IMG/VR virus record: IMGVR_UViG_3300015607_004069
Span: 32,001-96,000 of that record
Direction: 5' to 3' (one strand)
DNA: 64,000 nucleotides
Source: a virus
Lineage: Duplodnaviria; Caudoviricetes
In this document: positions 58,343 to 64,000 of the stretch, one piece after another
Numbering within the stretch: the stretch's first letter is position 1
Layout of the letters: every line of letters begins with the position of its first letter
The notes under the pieces: model-generated
Database searches by the model: none
Seen by the model: only the letters and a program-made list of their open reading frames with translations
What the model was told of the DNA's origin: nothing
Position numbers and translations under genes: made by a program

Positions 58343-58645
58343 ATGGTTAATTTTGAATATTTCGACGATCCCGCAAAACAAATTATGATTGAGGAATCGT
58401 ATGGCGGCGATTTCGATCGGTTGATTGAGATCTTAGCAGAAACTTTATGCGAGACATCAAAATCAATTGTGAGATATGTTCATATTGAGAACTTGACATT
58501 TGTTGAAGTTGCCAATAGATTGAATATGAGTGAATCTGAAATCGAGTTACTTTATAAGCAATCGACCGTTTTGATGTGGTTGGCTAATTGTGATTTGTTA
58601 ATTGATTTGGCATATATTTTTAAGATTTATCCGGAATTGGTTTAG
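58343..58645 (+). CDS. Sigma region-4-like HTH protein
   Basis: ENLTFVEVANRLNMSESEI; GAGG RBS. Confidence 0.5.
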   Translation: MVNFEYFDDPAKQIMIEESYGGDFDRLIEILAETLCETSKSIVRYVHIENLTFVEVANRLNMSESEIELLYKQSTVLMWLANCDLLIDLAYIFKIYPELV

Positions 58646-58755
58646 GTATAGCTTGGTTAGTATGTATTTTGTATCATTTTCGATGGCTATGCTGCCCACG
58701 TTGCCAGTTAGAAAGGTGATACAAAATTTATTAGACATTATTTCAGGAGTCATAA

Positions 58756-60237
58756 GTGGATTTCAACTTCAATAGCTCTTATATCGTCGCCGCATTGACC
58801 GGTGCAGCGATAATGTTTTGGCAACGAATAAGGACGTTTATTGAAAATCTGGTCAGTAAGTTCGTAAACACTCACAGGTTCTGCATAAATAGTTCTGGTG
58901 CTGTCGATGTTCAGGCTAAGTTGTGGAACTATCTGGAGCAGAAGTGCAAGCCAATTCTTGATTTCACGCTTCCCAGATTGGAATCTAGGTATGCTTATGT
59001 GCAGAAATACAATCGATTTGATATTGTAGTATCAACTTCAAAGATCAAGCATGGCATCGTATTGTATCGTACTCCTTATGGATATGCTTGGATAGCCGAT
59101 AGAGGTGAGAATATTATCTGGATTAGAGGTTTGTTCGATTGTTCCAAATTTCTGATAGATATTTCGAAATTCAGTGTGCCCAACTCTTTTTATTATGAAA
59201 ATCGACTGGCGATTATCAATAAGATTCACGGCAACAGGCAACAATACAAGGCTATGACAAAAAGTGGAGGATACCAGCACGGTAGTCATGACAAAGGTGC
59301 TACCCTAGGCGGTTCGGGTGGCACACCACCGATGCCTCCTGATGACTACGATAACATGTTCATTATCAATCCGGCACTTAGTACACTACTAACTCATTCT
59401 GTAGATGATTTTAAGCCAGACGATCAGGCTATGAATCTAGTGGTGGCTGATGAACAACTGACTGAAATTGATGATTCTGTAAAAAACTGGGTAAATGGGC
59501 GACCTTGGTATAAGGAAAGACACATTCCATGGCGATATGGCTTAGTATTTCATGGTCTGCCTGGCCTTGGTAAGACAAATGCTGCCAGATATATATCTGC
59601 CAAGTACAATATGCCTATATACCAATTCGATCTGGCCAATATGACTAATGATTGTTTCACCAGTGCATGGCAGCGTGTCATCAGTGATTCGTCAGTATCT
59701 GGCAGCATTATTCTATTAGAGGACTTTGATACTGTTTTTCACAATCGCACTAATATTATTGATAATGAAATGGGTGTGACCTTTGATATATTGCTGAATA
59801 CCATAGATGGTGTTCAATTGAATGATGGTGTCCTGCTTATTATTACTGCCAATCGTTTTGATAATATCGACCCTGCTCTTTCGCTTCGTCCCGGTAGAAT
59901 CGAAAAATCTGTTGAGTTCAAATTGCCTTCAGCTGAATGGCGTAGAAAATGTGCTACAAATATCTTGAAAGATTGGCCTGTCGTTGTCAATCTTTTAGTT
60001 GATTTGACTGAGAATGCTACGCATACGACTATCGTCCAGACATCTATCGCAGTCGGACTTTATCTAGCTGGTATACAAAAGTCCAACTTGAGCAAAGAAG
60101 AACTGATGAAGGTAGAGAAGATAATTACTGAAATGAATTCTAATAACCAATTAGTATTAGAGAAATGGGCAAATAGCCAAATAGGTACCATTATAGGAGA
60201 TATGGTGAATGCCAAATCAACCAATAAAACAGATTAA
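58756..60237 (+). CDS. BCS1-like AAA+ ATPase
   Basis: N-terminal TM segment; WYKERHIPWRYGLVFHGLPGLGKT, IILLEDFD, LLNTIDG, DPAL.LRPGRI. Confidence 0.8.
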   Translation: MDFNFNSSYIVAALTGAAIMFWQRIRTFIENLVSKFVNTHRFCINSSGAVDVQAKLWNYLEQKCKPILDFTLPRLESRYAYVQKYNRFDIVVSTSKIKHGIVLYRTPYGYAWIADRGENIIWIRGLFDCSKFLIDISKFSVPNSFYYENRLAIINKIHGNRQQYKAMTKSGGYQHGSHDKGATLGGSGGTPPMPPDDYDNMFIINPALSTLLTHSVDDFKPDDQAMNLVVADEQLTEIDDSVKNWVNGRPWYKERHIPWRYGLVFHGLPGLGKTNAARYISAKYNMPIYQFDLANMTNDCFTSAWQRVISDSSVSGSIILLEDFDTVFHNRTNIIDNEMGVTFDILLNTIDGVQLNDGVLLIITANRFDNIDPALSLRPGRIEKSVEFKLPSAEWRRKCATNILKDWPVVVNLLVDLTENATHTTIVQTSIAVGLYLAGIQKSNLSKEELMKVEKIITEMNSNNQLVLEKWANSQIGTIIGDMVNAKSTNKTD

Positions 60238-60739
60238 TATTTATATTTCAGACTCTTTTAATGCTAGAGCTTTCGAAAGTGACAGGCCTTGGGCTGCTAT
60301 CAGTATCGCATCGACTCCTAATGATTTTCCATCTCTACAGACAGAAAATCGGGTCGGATTGCTGCAGCTGGCATTTGAAGACATCAGATGTGATTCTGAT
60401 AGATGTTGGGACGCTATCTTATTTGATAGTACTTTGGCTGATAGGATAGTTAATTTCATTCGGGAATTACCACAAGAAGTCGAATCATTATTAGTACATT
60501 GCGGGGCTGGCATTTCGCGTTCTCCAGCTGTAGCACAAATATTGTGTCAGGTATCTGGTACTGACACTTCATTGTTGGAACAGCATTATGCTCCTAATCC
60601 AGAGGTGCTGCCTATATTGCGGTGGGCATTCGTTGGTAATTTTCCGACCTATATCAAATTTGTATACGCGGCCTTTTTTCGTGGATACGATAACGAGGGC
60701 GTTCCCCGATTGTTTTATGTCAATCAGACTCTTGTGTAG
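60209..60739 (+). CDS. Protein-tyrosine/dual-specificity phosphatase-like protein
   Basis: VHCGAGISRS (CX5R) motif. Confidence 0.8.
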   Translation: MPNQPIKQINIYISDSFNARAFESDRPWAAISIASTPNDFPSLQTENRVGLLQLAFEDIRCDSDRCWDAILFDSTLADRIVNFIRELPQEVESLLVHCGAGISRSPAVAQILCQVSGTDTSLLEQHYAPNPEVLPILRWAFVGNFPTYIKFVYAAFFRGYDNEGVPRLFYVNQTLV

Positions 60740-61999
60740 GCAATTGAGTGGCTGATATATCCATCCTTTTTAGTATAATAATAAATTTCACTGGCAGGGC
60801 TGGCACCTATGTAACCCTTTTTGAAATGATATAAATCAGTCCCTGCCAGTGATCGTAGTGTTCTTACTGTTGTGCCTTCATAAGTGTCCGTAGGCTGTGT
60901 CATCCATTTTCTGGATCGATGGTCATGCCCTATTAGCCATTCTCGGCATGTTGAATTGGCCCACTCAGTTGGTCTTTCGGTCGCCATGAGGCTAGGAAGA
61001 ATATCCTTTTTCTCTTCGTTGCCGTGGGTCATTCCCAATAGCGTGACACCCCAATGATAGTATTTCCGTGGTGCAGGAGTGGCATTGACGGTGACCGGAG
61101 CGTGCTTTCTGAACCACGCTTCGATAGTTCTAGCTAGGTGATAACTAGTGGTGAAATCGTGATTTCCCGGTATCCAGACGACATCAACGGGAGCTATTTT
61201 TGCCATTTTTTTCGATGGCATTGATAACGGCCATCTCACCAGCCATTATGATCTTGGCATATCTTCCGTCTACATCCTGAGGTGTACCAGCAAATGTCGT
61301 ATTATGTAGATTGTCCATGTGATAGAAGTCATTGCCAATAGGCAATAACCAATTTGATATCTTACGGTCGGCTGAATTGGAAATTAGATCGTCAACGGCA
61401 TTAGTGTAGACCTTTTCAGCTATTTTGATGTCATAGCTGTTGCCAGTTTCCTGATCCCATGCTAGTTTGCCAAAATGAGCATCGAACAGGCCCATGACTG
61501 CCAGACAGCCGTCTTTTCGTTTGTTATAGGTGACTTTAGAATAATTAGGTGAGTGGTTCCGCATTCGATCGAATATGGCGGCATGGGCATCGGCCAATGA
61601 TTTTTTAAGTATGCGTTTCAAATAGACTTTTACGCGATATTGTTGTGTCTGGACTGGCTTGTGACTTTTGTTTTTTATAACCACTGTCCAATTCGATATT
61701 TCGAAGCGTTCTGGATACCAGACGTTCTGATCGACCTCGGCTACTTTCATAGCCTGCTCTAGTGTCTTGATTGGTTTATCGGTTATGCAGGAGTATGTGG
61801 CTGAATTTTCTTCTTCTAACCATAACCCTTTCTCTAATTCAGTTTTCTGTGTAGTCAAATCGCGGCAGATTTTGACCACTGTCTTGTAATTGACACTGCG
61901 TTTATTTGAAATTTGTGAATAATTCAATCCTTCGCGGAAATCTGCTTTGATCATTTCTACTAGTGATGGTTCAAGCGATCTGCCCATTTTAAGTCCCAC
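60724..61999 (-). pseudogene. Calcineurin-like metallophosphoesterase with N-terminal HTH, split by a 1-nt frameshift
   Basis: DAHFG and GNDFYH lie in 61184-61999; GNHD, THG and GHDH lie in 60724-61239; the junction is a 7-nt A run (T 61206-61212). Confidence 0.7.
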
Positions 62000-62217
62000 A
62001 AAATGTGTTACATTATATCTTGGAGGTGAAACATGGTGTATGTCGGTATATTATATTAAGATATATCTTGATATCAAAATTAATAAACATTTAAGATTTT
62101 GATATTGAATGATATAATCGGCAGCTAATCGTTATCTGGTATATAAAATTAGTATAGAGCGAGGTGATTCTCATGCGTTTGCGATTACTTAATTCTCATG
62201 TGATATTGGAGTCAGTA

Positions 62218-62916
62218 ATGCGATTGTATTGCTTGCTGACTGAAAGAAAAGAAGGGCCATACTGGCCCGTAGCATGGTCTGACAAAATCATATCAAATCC
62301 AAAGTTCATCGACTTTTTACAAAATCTTGGTATATCTGGTAAAATAGGCAAGCCAATGCATGGTGGAGTAGGACGAGCCTATCCAGTCGGCGACCAATAT
62401 ATTGTCAAATTTACCACCGATGCCAAAGAAGCGGGAGCAGCTGCGACCATTAAAGGCCATAATTCCGATCATGCAGCAGACATTTATGCCGTTCATAGAG
62501 TCGGCATGTTTGACCACCCTAGTGACAATCGCAAGATCAATCTATACGCTATAGTCATGCAGAGGTTAAATACAGGAGTCAGTAAGAAATTTCGATCGGC
62601 AGGAAACGCAGTTTATAGCTATTTAGATGACCATTCTGGCTTCATTGAAAATCCGGAGACAATGATAGACACAGTCATTTCCAGATATCTCAATGAAAAG
62701 CAGAAGAATGATCCGGCTGTAATATCATCAATATCAAAAGTCGTATACGCATTGTACGACATACAGCAAAAAACAGGCGTATTATCTCAAGACCCACATG
62801 GTGGCAATATTGCTTTCAAAAGCAGGAAGCCTGCCTTCTTCGATTTCGGGCGGTCCAGTACCAATTATGCCCATCCTAAAACGCAGGGTGTAAAAATCAC
62901 CCCATTAATGCAATAA
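62218..62916 (+). CDS. Protein-kinase-like fold protein
   Basis: HGGVGRAY, IVKFT, IVMQRL, DPHGGN, FFDFG motifs. Confidence 0.65.
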   Translation: MRLYCLLTERKEGPYWPVAWSDKIISNPKFIDFLQNLGISGKIGKPMHGGVGRAYPVGDQYIVKFTTDAKEAGAAATIKGHNSDHAADIYAVHRVGMFDHPSDNRKINLYAIVMQRLNTGVSKKFRSAGNAVYSYLDDHSGFIENPETMIDTVISRYLNEKQKNDPAVISSISKVVYALYDIQQKTGVLSQDPHGGNIAFKSRKPAFFDFGRSSTNYAHPKTQGVKITPLMQ

Positions 62917-62937
62917 ATCATAGTATTACAATAGTAT

Positions 62938-63225
62938 ATGAATAAAACAGAAAAACACGAACTGTCGAAGCTAGATGCATATTTGGGTATTCCTGACGGT
63001 TGCACATATGCCGCTATTGTGGAAAACGGTTGTTCAGAGAAACTGATGGATGCCCTAGCAGGATTGGATATTAGCATCAATGATTTCGGCATGATAAGCA
63101 AAGCTGACCGAATTAAATGGCGGAATCTATGTATGGCCGCTGGAGTAAGTCGCGCTTATTGGAAAAGCAATGATGATTTTCAGTCGTTTCCGGTCGAGAT
63201 CACTGATCTTACCATTGATGACTGA
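62938..63225 (+). CDS. Hypothetical protein
   Basis: ORF only. Confidence 0.45.
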   Translation: MNKTEKHELSKLDAYLGIPDGCTYAAIVENGCSEKLMDALAGLDISINDFGMISKADRIKWRNLCMAAGVSRAYWKSNDDFQSFPVEITDLTIDD

Positions 63226-63997
63226 TATATTCTATTGTTCCATTTTGCACTAATTCAGTGACTTCCGATGTCTCTGGAAACATTGTCGGCACTTTACTAT
63301 CCAATGCGCTGTTTAACAGAAAATAAGCATTCTGCCAATGGCTTAGGTGAACATCGGCACCTATGTTATTGGACATGAATGTCTTTGTTATTATTTGAAC
63401 CTTGTTTTGCCGAACCATAATAGCGGCGACTATCGCGTCCCATAAGGTTCTATGATGATCATTCGCTATCATCTGCTTAATATCAGAACCAGCTATATCA
63501 CCTATATCATCAAACCTGATAGTCCTATTATTTCTATATTCCATCCATTGGTTGATGACATCGGTAAATTTCTGGGCTGTGGAACCCCAGCCCCAACAAG
63601 AAAATCTGTGTGTGGCAAATACATCATAAGGATACTGCAATAGTTTATGATTAAACAATGATGGGAATGATCCGACAGACATGACTTTTTCATCAGTAGC
63701 GTATCTATCAAGCATTATAGTCATTGATTCATACCAATGTTGAGCTGGTATGACATCGTCTTCTAATACGACGAAGGATTCATGCTGTTTAATGACTTCT
63801 TGGATGCCGAACATGATATTGGCGGCACAACCATAATTTTTATCTCTTTGTACGATTTCGACATTCTGATCCTTGAGTATATCTAGGCACTGTTGTGTAA
63901 GTGCCTGTTCCTGTTGATCACGATGTCCGTCGATAAATCCAATAATCAGTTCCGGTTTAACACTTTGATTATTTATAGCATCGACCACTTTTTTCAA
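63209..63997 (-). CDS. Glycosyltransferase (GT-A), probably 5'-truncated by the window edge
   Basis: NYGCAANIMFGI, FVVLEDD, FSCWGWGS motifs. Confidence 0.7.
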   Translation of the reverse strand: MKKVVDAINNQSVKPELIIGFIDGHRDQQEQALTQQCLDILKDQNVEIVQRDKNYGCAANIMFGIQEVIKQHESFVVLEDDVIPAQHWYESMTIMLDRYATDEKVMSVGSFPSLFNHKLLQYPYDVFATHRFSCWGWGSTAQKFTDVINQWMEYRNNRTIRFDDIGDIAGSDIKQMIANDHHRTLWDAIVAAIMVRQNKVQIITKTFMSNNIGADVHLSHWQNAYFLLNSALDSKVPTMFPETSEVTELVQNGTIEYISHQW

Positions 63998-64000
63998 TTT

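Noticed and set aside
1-64000. Stop-codon reassignment as seen in some jumbo phages
   Set aside because: Genes are full length and densely packed in the standard code; TAA, TAG and TGA all end recognisable proteins
1-64000. tRNA or rRNA genes
   Set aside because: No cloverleaf or rRNA-like segment recognised in the short intergenic regions; tRNAscan-SE would be needed to exclude them

Overview
This window looks like part of a large T4-like (jumbo) dsDNA phage genome read in the standard genetic code, with frequent strand switching. It carries a gp23-like major capsid, gp22-like scaffold and gp21-like prohead protease, several tail/virion proteins and about six glycosyltransferase-like genes. 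It also has thymidylate kinase, a TOPRIM primase-like protein, NucS, adenosine deaminase, sigma-like factors, DksA/TraR, a protealysin-emfourin pair, and a papain-like protease cluster that hints at a Planctomycetota host. The standout is 46.4-49.6 kb: a non-coding array of 44 dual-repeat 35-nt units (12-nt repeat, 8-nt variable, 7-nt repeat, 8-nt variable). It lies on the same strand as, and downstream of, a nuclease-less Nop/IS110-C-terminal-like protein, so it looks like a TIGR-Tas (TasA-type) RNA-guided DNA-targeting system. It has shorter spacers than reported and a pyrimidine-dimer DNA glycosylase gene between the effector and the array. All calls come from reading motifs by eye; no database searches were run.
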